A stretch of DNA of 64,000 nucleotides, taken from NCBI GenBank assembly GCA_947465495.1, contig CANIAS010000005.1, forward strand, positions 8,427 through 72,426. Direction: 5' to 3'. The position numbers and the translations under genes were made by a program. The stretch comes from Candidatus Pollutiaquabacter sp. Lineage in GTDB: Bacteria > Bacteroidota > Bacteroidia > AKYH767-A > 2013-40CM-41-45. Of the stretch, positions 50,383-61,100 are shown piece by piece (the first letter of the stretch is position 1; each line of letters begins with the position of its first letter). The notes under the pieces were generated by a model. That model was not told the DNA's origin. It ran no database searches and saw only the letters and a list, made by a program, of their open reading frames with translations.

Positions 50383-50498
50383 CGACCGACCATCGACTAC
50401 CGACCACCGACCATCGACTACCGACCATCGACCACCGACCACCGACCACCGACCATCGACCACCGACCATCGACCATCGACCACCGACCATCGACCAA
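50383..50498. repeat. Heptanucleotide tandem repeat (CGAC[C/T]A[C/T])x~16.5
   Basis: Seen directly in the sequence: a truncated unit followed by 16 tandem 7-nt units (cgaccat/cgaccac/cgactac). It fills the convergent intergenic space and ends 1 nt before the lptB stop codon at 50500-50502. Confidence 0.9.
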
Positions 50499-50499
50499 C

Positions 50500-51228
50500 T
50501 CACTTCTTCCGTAATTCGAAATTCTGACCGAGATAGACCCGTCGAACCTGCTCATCAGCTGCCAGCTCTTCGGCGGTGCCAGCTTTGAGTATCCGTCCTT
50601 CAAAAAGCAAATACGCTCGATCGGTGATCGTCAAGGTTTCGTGAACGTTGTGGTCGGTAATTAAAACACCAATGTTGCGATCTTTCAAGTGAGCAACAAT
50701 CCCTTGTATGTCCTCTACGGCAATTGGATCTACACCGGCAAAAGGTTCGTCCAGTAGGATGAATTTCGGATCTACAGCCAGTGCACGGGCAATTTCAGTG
50801 CGTCGTCTTTCTCCACCGGAAAGTAAATCGCCACGGTTGGTTCGGATACGTTGAAGGCCGAATTCGTCCAATAACGATTCGAGTTTTTTGGTTTGTTCAC
50901 CAGCAGTTAGATTGGTCATCTCCAACACGGCCTTGATATTGTCTTCGACACTTAGCTTTCTGAATACAGATGCTTCTTGCGCCAAATAACCAATTCCTTG
51001 CTGTGCACGTTTGTACATCGGTAACAAGGTAATATCCGTATCGTTGAGATAGATTTTCCCTTCGTTAGGCTTAATGAGTCCAACCGTCATGTAAAAAGTA
51101 GTCGTCTTGCCGGCTCCATTCGGTCCAAGCAATCCGACAATCTCTCCTTGCCCTACCTGGATGGAGACGTGGTCCACAACGGTTCGGCTTTTATACCGTT
51201 TGACGAGTTGTTCTGCGCGCAGGATCAT
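50500..51228 (-). CDS. lptB: LPS export ABC transporter ATP-binding protein LptB
   Basis: 242 aa. Walker [12 protein letters not shown], signature LSGGERRR, Walker [13 protein letters not shown]. The N-terminus [18 protein letters not shown] is typical of LptB. Confidence 0.85.
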   Translation of the reverse strand: MILRAEQLVKRYKSRTVVDHVSIQVGQGEIVGLLGPNGAGKTTTFYMTVGLIKPNEGKIYLNDTDITLLPMYKRAQQGIGYLAQEASVFRKLSVEDNIKAVLEMTNLTAGEQTKKLESLLDEFGLQRIRTNRGDLLSGGERRRTEIARALAVDPKFILLDEPFAGVDPIAVEDIQGIVAHLKDRNIGVLITDHNVHETLTITDRAYLLFEGRILKAGTAEELAADEQVRRVYLGQNFELRKK

Positions 51229-51270
51229 GTTGGGGTAAAGATAAGCAATCGTAAATGAATCAGCTCTTGC

Positions 51271-53751
51271 TCAGAAGGATACCTTGGCGGAAACGAAAAT
51301 AGCGGTACGGGTAGCTCCGGGGTTATCCAAGTAGGTGAGTCGCCAAATGTTGTCGATACGGAAGACTTTAAAAATGTTTTCAATACCAATGCCCGCTTCG
51401 ACATAGGGCTTTTGTAACGAGAAGAACGCATCCGGATTGGAAAGTATCTCTTTATTCGCTTCAGAGAGATGGCCAGTCACCGCACTCAGGCTCGCCACTT
51501 CCCGCCACTTTAATTTGCGTAATGCCGGTATGCGGTCGAGGAATAAGCCGCCAAAGTGATGCTCTGCTTTGAAACTCACATATTCGTTACTGACGAATTC
51601 GTAAAAGTTCATCAGGTTGAACGCGTATTTATCGTAAACAAATGTGTTGTTGCCCGGTTGAATAAATAATAACGGATACGGAAGTACTTGCCATGTTTTA
51701 CCTGCTTCAATCGAATAATTGAATAGTCCGAAGTTACCTGGATAGAGGTAGTCATCAATTCGGAATCGGATTTTATTATAATTAAATCCACCGTTGATCA
51801 GATTGATTCCCCGCGAATACATCACGTGAAAAATGGGCCAATTGGTTCCGAGGGAAATTCGGTCGACTTCTCCTTCTACGTAACGTTCATGGTGAGCATA
51901 ACGGACATAGACGTTTAATTCACTGTTAATGATTTGGCTCGAAGAATCTGTCTTGGTGTCATTGGTATAGTAGGTATAGTCAAGTGTTCCCAGCGGATTA
52001 TATTCACTGTGACTTACTGTAAAGCGTGTCGACAGCCCTTGCATCCATTCATGGTCCAAGTATACTTTCCCTTGTATGATCGAATTCAGCCGGTTGGCGG
52101 GTGAGCGACGAAAGATCGAAGCGAAGAAGTTATCGTCGGCAAATGCATTTGGACTTTTCCCCAGCTGTTCGACGTCGCGTTTGAATTCGGCACCTACCAA
52201 AGAACGCGGATCTTTGCTAAGAAAATAGCGGGCTGTTGCGCCAAATTTGAACTTGTCATCCTTGGTTCCGTAAGCCGTATATCCACTCAATATTAAACGT
52301 GTGCTGAATTTGTTGCTGGTCTGACCGCCGACCCGAAGTCGGATTCCTTCAACTTGATTGCCACTCAGGAAGGTAAATATTGGCCCAATCTCAAACAGAC
52401 CTACTTCTTTGTATCCAGTGGCCGCCAGATACACCAGGTTCGTCCAGGTCTTGTAGGCTGGTACGGTCTGGATGGTATCAATCATTTTATAAATATTCTG
52501 CTCGCGGTCGGCCAATGTCTCGCCCCGCGTGGAATCCCAAAAGGCGGCTCCCTTGGTGTACGCATCTTCTTTCAGAATAACTTCATTGCCATCTCTGAAA
52601 AACGATTCGTCCTTCGGTTGGTCCAATTCAAAGTTTCGGTAGAAAGTAGTTTTTCGACCGATGAATCCGGTGGTCTCCTTTGACTTTGTTTCAGTAGGAG
52701 CAAGATTTACTACCAGAACTTCTTTGGTAAGCATCCATTGACGGTCTAATACATAGTCGTAATCCTGGACAAATGCGAGATCTTCGATGAAGTTGATGTT
52801 TGCATCGCCCGTGATATGCATGTTGACTTTACGTATGGCGAAGGTGGTATCGTGTACCCAAAAATCTCCTGCAAACGTGAGCTCCTGCTTACGACGAGGA
52901 TGGAAGGTAATTTTGTAACACCATTTGTCATTTAAATACATACTGTCTACCAGCATGTATTTATAATACGCCTGTGCTACTCCTGAAATGGGGCTAACGA
53001 ATCCTTTTGAAAATAAATAAATGTAGGGGTCGTAAATATTGATGTTCGAGTAAAGGTCTCCAAGGTACTGTGAAACAGTTTTATTCTCAACGCCGGAGAT
53101 TTTACTGGCTTTGACAATTTCTTTTTTTAGAATTGGATTCTTTCGGTAATAGACGTCCGATACGCTTTCTGTGAGAAATACAGGTAAGAATGGAAGTTGA
53201 TTGGAACCGCTGGAGTCAATATAATCGAAAACGAATTTAAATGGTTTGAATAAACGCCGCTTGGTGAACTTCTCCGTGACTTTGTTAATGTCGAATTCGA
53301 TTTTGTTGTACGCTTCGTAGTTGTAGGCCTGAAGTCGATCACGATCGTTGTTCGGTTTGTTGTCCAACACTTTTTTCAACAGGATGATAGCCGGATTCTC
53401 TCCCGCGTTAATGGTTACTTCGGGTAAATCAAATTTATTGACACGCATGGCGATGTCTATGGTCTGCGTCTGACCACGTTTTACTTTTACGCTTGCAGGC
53501 AGATAGCCGATAAACGTCGCCTTTAGGCTGTCCACCATCAGGTTGGTTTCTATGGAGTAATTGCCATTGATGTCGGCATTCTTTCCGACGGTGGTTCCTG
53601 TGAATAAAAGCGTGGCAAAGGAAATCGGTTCGCCCGTCAGTGGATCGTACACGCGTCCGCTGACCTTCGTAACCTGAGAAAAGACATTATTGGCCATTAA
53701 TAGCCATAGCATCAATCCGAATAAAAGTTTTTTTTCAGGGCTCTTTGTCAT
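51271..53751 (-). CDS. DUF5686 plus carboxypeptidase-regulatory-like domain protein (predicted outer-membrane beta-barrel)
   Basis: 826 aa. Signal peptide, then the CarbopepD_reg-like N-domain (VSGRVYDPLTGEPISFATLLF...GNYSIE). The size and architecture match the Bacteroidota DUF5686 family. The C-terminus ...AIFVSAKVSF ends in Phe after alternating hydrophobics, as outer-membrane beta-barrels typically do. Confidence 0.6.
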   Translation of the reverse strand: MTKSPEKKLLFGLMLWLLMANNVFSQVTKVSGRVYDPLTGEPISFATLLFTGTTVGKNADINGNYSIETNLMVDSLKATFIGYLPASVKVKRGQTQTIDIAMRVNKFDLPEVTINAGENPAIILLKKVLDNKPNNDRDRLQAYNYEAYNKIEFDINKVTEKFTKRRLFKPFKFVFDYIDSSGSNQLPFLPVFLTESVSDVYYRKNPILKKEIVKASKISGVENKTVSQYLGDLYSNINIYDPYIYLFSKGFVSPISGVAQAYYKYMLVDSMYLNDKWCYKITFHPRRKQELTFAGDFWVHDTTFAIRKVNMHITGDANINFIEDLAFVQDYDYVLDRQWMLTKEVLVVNLAPTETKSKETTGFIGRKTTFYRNFELDQPKDESFFRDGNEVILKEDAYTKGAAFWDSTRGETLADREQNIYKMIDTIQTVPAYKTWTNLVYLAATGYKEVGLFEIGPIFTFLSGNQVEGIRLRVGGQTSNKFSTRLILSGYTAYGTKDDKFKFGATARYFLSKDPRSLVGAEFKRDVEQLGKSPNAFADDNFFASIFRRSPANRLNSIIQGKVYLDHEWMQGLSTRFTVSHSEYNPLGTLDYTYYTNDTKTDSSSQIINSELNVYVRYAHHERYVEGEVDRISLGTNWPIFHVMYSRGINLINGGFNYNKIRFRIDDYLYPGNFGLFNYSIEAGKTWQVLPYPLLFIQPGNNTFVYDKYAFNLMNFYEFVSNEYVSFKAEHHFGGLFLDRIPALRKLKWREVASLSAVTGHLSEANKEILSNPDAFFSLQKPYVEAGIGIENIFKVFRIDNIWRLTYLDNPGATRTAIFVSAKVSF

Positions 53752-53849
53752 TCACGCAAAAATATAGACAAATTGATTGCTGCATTGTTATGACTTGAGG
53801 CAGTAATCAACAATAGCGTGAAGAGAATAATGGAGAAAAACGGGATGCA

Positions 53850-54674
53850 TCAAGCGGCTTTGTGTCGGTTGACATAGGCGCTTACATAGATAGAAATTTC
53901 GTAGAGGATGTAAAGTGGAATAGAAACCAGCAAAAGCGTGGTGGCATCTGAAGTAGGAGTGATGATGGCAGCTACAACCAGAATAACAACAACGGCATGT
54001 CGTCGGTATTCCCGCATGAAGGATGCGGTCAGCATGCCAATCTTTGTTAGGAAATACACCACCACCGGAAGTTCAAATACGAGGCCAGTTAGCAATGTCA
54101 TGGTCGAAACGGTCGAAATAAAGGAGTCTAGTGAAATCATATTTTGAACTTGCGCGCTCACCTGATACGTGCCCAGGAAATTCACCGTCATTGGCGTAAT
54201 GATATAATATCCAAAAGCAATACCTGTCAGGAAGAGGAACGAGATGTAAAATACAATTCCACGAGCATATTGTTGTTCGTTCTTGTGAAGTGCTGGTTTG
54301 ACAAATCGCCATAATTCCCAAACGAGATAGGGGAAGCCGGTAATCAAACCTGCCAAAAAAGCCAGCCACATGTGGGTCGTAAACTGTGCGGAAATATCTG
54401 TAGCAATTAACGTGAATGGAATTGCTTGTACGCAGAGGTCGTCGCCCATGTTTAGCTTTTCGGAAAGCAAACACAGTGCACGATAGGTGGGGAAGCTTGG
54501 ATCCTTGGGTGCCAGCAGGATGCCATCGAACAATAGTTCTTTCATGAAGAACCAAACCAACGAAAGTACCACAATCACGATAGCCGATCGCATCAAGTGC
54601 CATCGTAATGCTTCGAGGTGGTCCAGAAACGACATGTCGCCGTTGGTTCCCTTGGTTCGGTCAAAGAGTGCCAT
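53850..54674 (-). CDS. tatC: Twin-arginine translocase subunit TatC
   Basis: Start taken at MALFDRTKGTNGDMSFLDHLEALRWHLMRS, the canonical TatC N-terminus. Six TM helices follow. Confidence 0.85.
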   Translation of the reverse strand: MALFDRTKGTNGDMSFLDHLEALRWHLMRSAIVIVVLSLVWFFMKELLFDGILLAPKDPSFPTYRALCLLSEKLNMGDDLCVQAIPFTLIATDISAQFTTHMWLAFLAGLITGFPYLVWELWRFVKPALHKNEQQYARGIVFYISFLFLTGIAFGYYIITPMTVNFLGTYQVSAQVQNMISLDSFISTVSTMTLLTGLVFELPVVVYFLTKIGMLTASFMREYRRHAVVVILVVAAIITPTSDATTLLLVSIPLYILYEISIYVSAYVNRHKAA

Positions 54675-54775
54675 TTTCGCCCACAAAGATAATGGAAGGA
54701 ATGACGTACTGAAGTCTATCTGAAATACAATCACCGATTAATCGAGAGTGGTTCAGAACGAAAAAAGTCATTGGC

Positions 54776-55741
54776 CTAGATAATGCCTTCGCGAACAAGG
54801 TCGTGTAGGTGAATCATGCCTACGTATTTGCCTTTTTCAGTGATGATGAGCTGTGAAATATTATGTTCCCTCATGAGCAAAAGGGCATCCACCGCCATGG
54901 TGTCTTTATCCATGGATTTTGGTGCTGGGCTCATTACATCTCGCGCTGTCAGGCCGTCGATAACCTTTCGGTTGAGTAACATACGGCGCAAATCTCCATC
55001 AGTGATGATTCCGCACAGTTCGCCTCGTTCTACGACGGCTGCTGCCCCAAGTCGGTTAGAAGTAATTTCGACAATGACTTTGCGGACATCGGTGGAGGGC
55101 GAGACGTGTGGGGCTGGATTGCCCGGATAAACATCCTTTACTTTTAAATACAGTTTTTTTCCCAATGCGCCACCTGGGTGAAATTTGGCAAAATCTTTAC
55201 TTGAAAATCCACGAGCATCCAATAAGCAAACGGCCAACGCATCACCCATGGCTAATTGAGCGGTGGAACTGCTGGTAGGAGCCAGGTTGTTTGGACAGGC
55301 TTCTTTCTCTACCCAGGTGTTAAGCACAAGATCAGCATGTTTGGCCAGGTAGGAGGTAGTGTTTCCAGTCATTGCCACCAATTGATTACCCCAGGCATGC
55401 AATAACGGGACTAATACTTTTACTTCCGGCGTATCACCGCTTTTGGAAATGCAGATAATCAGATCCTGTCGCTGAATGATTCCCAAATCACCATGAATAG
55501 CATCAGCAGCATGCATAAAAATAGAAGGGGTGCCCGTTGAATTAAGCGTAGCGACCATCTTCTGAGCGATGATGGCACTTTTGCCTACGCCTGTAACCAC
55601 GACACGCCCTTTCGAGGCAAGTATCCATTCAACACAACGTGTAAAGTCGTCATTGATGTAATCGATTAATTTACGGATGGAGGCTGCTTCCGTTTCCAGC
55701 GTTTCTATCGCCAAGCGTTTGATCTTGTCTGCTTTTTTCAC
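54776..55741 (-). CDS. kdsD: KpsF/GutQ-family arabinose-5-phosphate isomerase (SIS + tandem CBS domains)
   Basis: SIS motif VVVTGVGKSAIIAQKMVATLNSTGTPS, then two CBS domains (VKDVYPG...; ARDVMSPAPKSMDKDTMAVDALLLMREHNISQLIIT). Confidence 0.85.
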   Translation of the reverse strand: MKKADKIKRLAIETLETEAASIRKLIDYINDDFTRCVEWILASKGRVVVTGVGKSAIIAQKMVATLNSTGTPSIFMHAADAIHGDLGIIQRQDLIICISKSGDTPEVKVLVPLLHAWGNQLVAMTGNTTSYLAKHADLVLNTWVEKEACPNNLAPTSSSTAQLAMGDALAVCLLDARGFSSKDFAKFHPGGALGKKLYLKVKDVYPGNPAPHVSPSTDVRKVIVEITSNRLGAAAVVERGELCGIITDGDLRRMLLNRKVIDGLTARDVMSPAPKSMDKDTMAVDALLLMREHNISQLIITEKGKYVGMIHLHDLVREGII

Positions 55742-55873
55742 CCGTCTGTTGCGTTAATTAAAATCTTACTCTAAAAGTTGTTTTATTCGCGCAAAATTAT
55801 TTAATTTTAAAGCAGTAAACACAGGTTTTTTTCAATAGGCCATATAAAGTAATCTGAAAATCAATTAGTTGTA

Positions 55874-58057
55874 ATGTTAGTGGAGGAAACGGCTCTGAGC
55901 GGCCAACTTAAGAAGTATTTTGGCTTTGATAAGTTTAAGGGGGATCAAGAGGCTATTGTCAGTAATGTGCTTTCGGGAAATGACACCTTTGTGATCATGC
56001 CCACCGGCGGAGGCAAGTCGATTTGTTATCAATTGCCTTCCATGATTATGGAAGGAACTGCCATAGTTGTTTCGCCCTTGATTGCCCTGATGAAAAATCA
56101 GGTTGATTCTATGCGTGGGTTCAGTAACGAAGACGGCATAGCCCACTTTCTCAATTCTTCACTCAATAAATCGGAAATGGCTGCCGTGCGCAACGATGTG
56201 CGAAGCGGTAAGACAAAACTTCTATACGTAGCGCCTGAGTCGCTCACCAAGGAGGAAAACGTTGAATTCCTTCGCTCTGTGCCGATTTCTTTTTTCGCGA
56301 TTGATGAAGCTCATTGTATTTCGGAATGGGGGCATGATTTCCGTCCGGAATACCGTCGACTTCGTCCGATTATCGATGCGATTGGTAAGGTTCCTGTCAT
56401 CGCATTGACCGCCACAGCGACGCCTAAGGTTCAGTTGGATATTCAAAAGAATCTAGGTATGATGGAGGCCACAGTTTTTAAGGCTTCTTTTAATCGGGCG
56501 AATCTTTATTACGAAGTGCGTCCCAAAAATGACGTCGCACGCGAGATCATTAAGTTCGTCCGTCAACATCCAGGTAAATCAGGCATTATCTATTGTCTAA
56601 GTAGAAAGAAAGTGGAGGAAATTGCCCTGACCCTTTCTACCAACGGTATTCGGGCATTGCCGTATCACGCCGGATTGGATGCTCAGGTGCGTGCTGATAC
56701 CCAGGATAAATTTTTGATGGAAGAAATAGATGTCATCGTAGCAACAATTGCTTTTGGCATGGGTATCGATAAGCCGGATGTTCGCTTCGTCATACACCAC
56801 GATATTCCTAAAAGTCTCGAAGGATATTACCAGGAAACTGGTCGCGCCGGTCGCGATGGCCGGGAAGGTAAATGCGTTACTTTTTATAGCTACAAGGACA
56901 TTGAGAAGTTGGAGAAGTTCATGAAAGGGAAGCCCGTCGCCGAACAGGAGGTGGGTAAGCAGTTGCTATTGGAAACGGTTGGCTTCGCTGAAACCTGTGT
57001 TTGTCGCCGAAAGGTCATCCTGAACTATTTCGGAGAAGTCTACCAGCAGGAAGATTGCGCGAACTGCGATAATTGCATTCATCCGAAAAAGAGTTTCGAT
57101 GGTCGGGAAGAAGTCTCTACCGTACTTGAAACAATCAAGAACGTTAAAGAGAAGTTTGCGATGGATCACATTGTGAATGTGATTACCGGAAAGCACGAGA
57201 ACAATGTCAAGTTGCACGGTCACGATAACTTGGAAGTGTTTGGCGAAGGTTCTGATCGTGATCAACGTTTTTGGACCGCCGTCATTCGTCAGTCGCTTCT
57301 CGCAGGACTTCTGTCAAAGGATATTGAGACCTACGGCACCCTGAAGCTGACAGAAAAAGGGAAAGGCTTTCTCAAGCTGCCAACTGTGATTCACATTATT
57401 GAAGACAATGATTATTCCAATACTGAATCTGACGATGAGAGTGATTTTTCAGGAGGTGTAGCAGCCGATCCCGAGTTGTTTGCGCAGTTAAAAGAGTTAC
57501 GTAAAAAAATCGCTAAGCAACGGAATGTGCCGCCATTCGTGGTATTCCAGGATCCTTCTTTGGAAGAAATGGCCATTCAATATCCAATCACTCTGGATGA
57601 GTTGAAAAATGTGGCTGGAGTAGGAGCCGGAAAGGCAGTAAAGTATGGTGCGCCTTTCGTGAGTCTGATTGAAAAGTATGTCGAGGAGCACGATATTGAA
57701 CGTCCGATGGATTTAGTCGTGAAATCCGTTGTGAACAAAAGCGCACTAAAGGTGTACTTGATTCAGAATACGGATCGAAAAATCTCCTTGGATGATATCG
57801 CTAAAGCCAAAGGACTGCCACTTAAAGATATTGTGACCGAGTTGGAAACCATTGTTTCATCTGGAACCCGACTGGATATCAATTACTACATCAATGAAGT
57901 CATTGACGCTGATCGCCAACAGGACTTCTTCGATTATTTCAAGTCGGCAGAAACCGATTCTCCTGATGCTGCACTTTCGGAATTGGGTGAGAACGAATAT
58001 TCTTCCATTGATGTACGCCTGCTGCGCATCAAGTTCCTTTCGGAATTGGGCAACTAG
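55874..58057 (+). CDS. recQ: ATP-dependent DNA helicase RecQ
   Basis: 727 aa. Helicase motif I (MPTGGGKSICYQLP), DEAH (AIDEAHCISEWGHDFRP), the RecQ-Ct zinc-binding region (CRRKVILNYFGE...CANCDNC), and a C-terminal HRDC-like region. Confidence 0.92.
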   Translation: MLVEETALSGQLKKYFGFDKFKGDQEAIVSNVLSGNDTFVIMPTGGGKSICYQLPSMIMEGTAIVVSPLIALMKNQVDSMRGFSNEDGIAHFLNSSLNKSEMAAVRNDVRSGKTKLLYVAPESLTKEENVEFLRSVPISFFAIDEAHCISEWGHDFRPEYRRLRPIIDAIGKVPVIALTATATPKVQLDIQKNLGMMEATVFKASFNRANLYYEVRPKNDVAREIIKFVRQHPGKSGIIYCLSRKKVEEIALTLSTNGIRALPYHAGLDAQVRADTQDKFLMEEIDVIVATIAFGMGIDKPDVRFVIHHDIPKSLEGYYQETGRAGRDGREGKCVTFYSYKDIEKLEKFMKGKPVAEQEVGKQLLLETVGFAETCVCRRKVILNYFGEVYQQEDCANCDNCIHPKKSFDGREEVSTVLETIKNVKEKFAMDHIVNVITGKHENNVKLHGHDNLEVFGEGSDRDQRFWTAVIRQSLLAGLLSKDIETYGTLKLTEKGKGFLKLPTVIHIIEDNDYSNTESDDESDFSGGVAADPELFAQLKELRKKIAKQRNVPPFVVFQDPSLEEMAIQYPITLDELKNVAGVGAGKAVKYGAPFVSLIEKYVEEHDIERPMDLVVKSVVNKSALKVYLIQNTDRKISLDDIAKAKGLPLKDIVTELETIVSSGTRLDINYYINEVIDADRQQDFFDYFKSAETDSPDAALSELGENEYSSIDVRLLRIKFLSELGN

Positions 58058-58148
58058 AAATATTCAGATATTTTCCTGACACTAAGAATCAAGGGACGAT
58101 AGTTCTCTCTTTTTAGTAAATAGAGAAAAGTAATACATCAGCCCGCGT

Positions 58149-61100
58149 CTATCGAACAAGGGTAACGTGTCCGATGTAGGAATGGGCCAAACCACTCGGG
58201 TCATTACAACGGATGATATACTCATATACGTCGTTTTGACAAGGCGTACCCTCGTTGCCAACTTTCCCATTCCAAGGGTTTTCAGGACTAGTGGAATGGA
58301 AAATCTGCAACCCCCAACGATCAATGATGTACATGTTGAAATTTGAAATACCGATACCAAAAGGTTTGAAGCTGTCGTTGATGCCGTCGCCATTTGGTGA
58401 GAATGCATTTGGAGTATAAATGGCAAAACCCTCTTCAATGCGTACTGTACTGTAAATAGTATCGGTGCATCCTGCTGGATTCGTTACGATCAATTGGATG
58501 TCATAATTTCCTGGTGCGGTATACTGGTGGGAAGGATTTTCCGTCGAATCAATTGGGGATCCATCCCCGAAATTCCACGCGTATGAAGTAGCAAACGAAC
58601 TGTTGTTCGAGAATGTAATTGCTGGTTCAAGCACTGTCAGTTCAGTAGAAGATTGTGTGTAATCGGCAATCGGCATGGCATAGACCTGAACTAAATTCGG
58701 AATAACCACCGCGTCTGCACATCCATTGGGAGTCGTTACATGGAGGGATACACTGTAAGTGCCAGGAAGTGTGTAGATGTGCACGGGGTCAGTGATGTTA
58801 CTGCCTTGCTGATCTCCAAAGTCCCAGGAATAGTTGGATCCACCAGTACTACTGCTTAGGTCGTTGAAGTTTACAGTCACTGGAGCACAACCAATCATGG
58901 AGGTTGGGGTGAAAGCTACACTTGGAATTTGTTCGACCTGAATGAAAACTTGGTCAGTCACCGGTTGGCCACAACCATCCGTGACTGTGACTGTGTAATA
59001 AGTGTCTTGGGTAGGTGTAACCACAGCGTTCGATCCGATAATTGTTCCGTTGTTCCAGGAATAGCTATAGACACCATCACCACCGCTTGCCAGAGCAGAA
59101 ATAGTGGCAATGGTTCCAGCGCAAACAATTCCATTTCCACTGGCAGTGACTTCAAGCGGCGACAACACATTCACTGGAATAATCTGCCCGATGGTGGTGC
59201 ATCCGTTGGCGTCCGTTACATCAACGGAGAACACGGTAGAATTACCTGGTGCTACAGTAATGACGGAATCGGTACTGCCCGTACTCCAGTAGTAATGATA
59301 AGGAGGTGTTCCGCCCGCCGCTTGGGAAGCGAGATTAGCAGACGAGGCATTGCAGAGTGTTAAGGCACCACTGGCAGATAACGTCAGCGGACTTGGTGAT
59401 TGAATGACTGCGATCTGATTGTAAGAACATCCGGATGCATCCGTAACAGTTACCTGATAGGTTCCGCTGGTTAATCCGTTGGCAGTATTACTGGTGGATA
59501 TAGTTCCTGTCCATTGATAGGAATAGGGTGGAGTGCCACCGCTCGTAGAAATTGTAGCACTTCCATTGGATCCTGCTGCACATGACACGGGTACAGTGGT
59601 GACATTCCCCACTAAATTGGAATTAGCATTCACGATAGCGGTAGCGGTTTCAGCGCATCCGTTTGCATCTGTAACCAATAACGTATAGGCGCCTTGAGGT
59701 AATCCGGCAGCCTGTGAACCGATACCCCCTGAAGGACTCCATTGATATTGATACGGCGCAAGTCCGCCTGAGACGTTAGCAGATGCTGTTCCATCTGTGC
59801 CTCCGTTGCAAGCAGCTGGTGTGGTTGTCGTGCTAATTGACAATGGAAGAGGTTCAAGGATAGGTACGATCAAATTTGTTACGCAGCCGCTGGCATCGGT
59901 AATACTTACGGTGTAGTTACCTGACAACAATCCGGTAGCATTTGAACTTGTACCTCCTAATGGCGACCAAGAGTAGGAGTAAGGGGCAGTTCCTCCGCTG
60001 ACGGATATGATGGCGCTGCCATCAGATCCTCCTGAACATTGCACATCCACCACTTGTTGAATCAATGCACTTGCGCCTCCATTGCTGGTTACTATAGCGG
60101 CGGTGCTGCTCGTACAGCCAGCTGCATCAGTTACCGTAACGGTATAGTTGCCGCTTGCTAATCCGGTAGCGGTGGAAAGGTTGCCACCCACCGGAGACCA
60201 GCTGTACAAATAGCTACCAGTGCCACCACTCGCCTGCACATCTGCAGTTCCATTGTTAGTGCCACAAGAAGCAGCCGTTGTAGACGTGATTAGTGCGATA
60301 GCAGTAGGCTCTTGAATGGTTACAGCAAGGAACGTACTACAACCTGTTGCATCTAAGATACTAACCGTGTAATTTCCGCTGGAAAGACCGTTAGCAGTTA
60401 GTCCATTTCCACCTGAGGGTGACCAGGAATAATTGAACGGCCCTGTACCGCCCTGAACTTGAATGGTGGCGCTTCCGTCGGAACCGCCATGACAACTTAC
60501 AGCGGTGGTGCTCGCAAGACTTACCGTTGGGGACCCGATGTTATTGATAGTGGTAGTGGCAGTAGAAATACAACCAGAAAGATCGGTTACAGTTACAGTA
60601 TAGTTTCCAGCCGGAAGTGGGCTCGTAGTCGTAGCATTTCCTCCACCATTTGACCACGAATAGGTGTAGGGCGAAGAACCTCCGGATGCAGTAGCGTTTG
60701 CACTTCCATTAGAGCTTCCGCAGGATGCTGGTTGGGTAGTAGTGACAATCTGTATGGCTAGGGGCTCAGTGACGGTTTGTAGTTGAGTTGCCACACAACC
60801 GGCTTGGTCCGTGACGGCCACCGTGTAATTTCCTGCTGATAGTCCGGTCGCTGTAGCAGTCGTTGCGCCTCCGGGACTCCAGGAGTATGTAAATCCACCT
60901 GTTCCGCCAGATAGGATGTTCACAGTGACTGTTCCATCGGATCCACCGTAGCATGCAGCAGCAGTAGCAGAGCTGCTTAGCAGGATCTCATCAGGTCCTA
61001 AAATAGAAATGCTAGAAGAGGCGATGCAGCCTAAGGCGTCCGTTACTGTCACATCGTAGGTGCCAGGCGCTAGTCCTGTAGCTTGTTGACCAGTAGCTCC

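Noticed and set aside
50284-50603. Three overlapping six-frame ORFs (50297..50527 +, 50284..50484 -, 50418..50603 -) encoding repetitive peptides such as RPSTTDH and VDGRWS
   Set aside because: They are read-through translations of the heptanucleotide tandem repeat in all frames. They carry no start context and overlap the lptB 3' end, so they are artefacts of the repeat rather than genes.
58082-58438. 118-aa minus-strand ORF overlapping the 3' end of the SprB adhesin gene
   Set aside because: It is in an alternative frame inside the well-supported type B CTD coding region and has no recognisable domain. Spurious.
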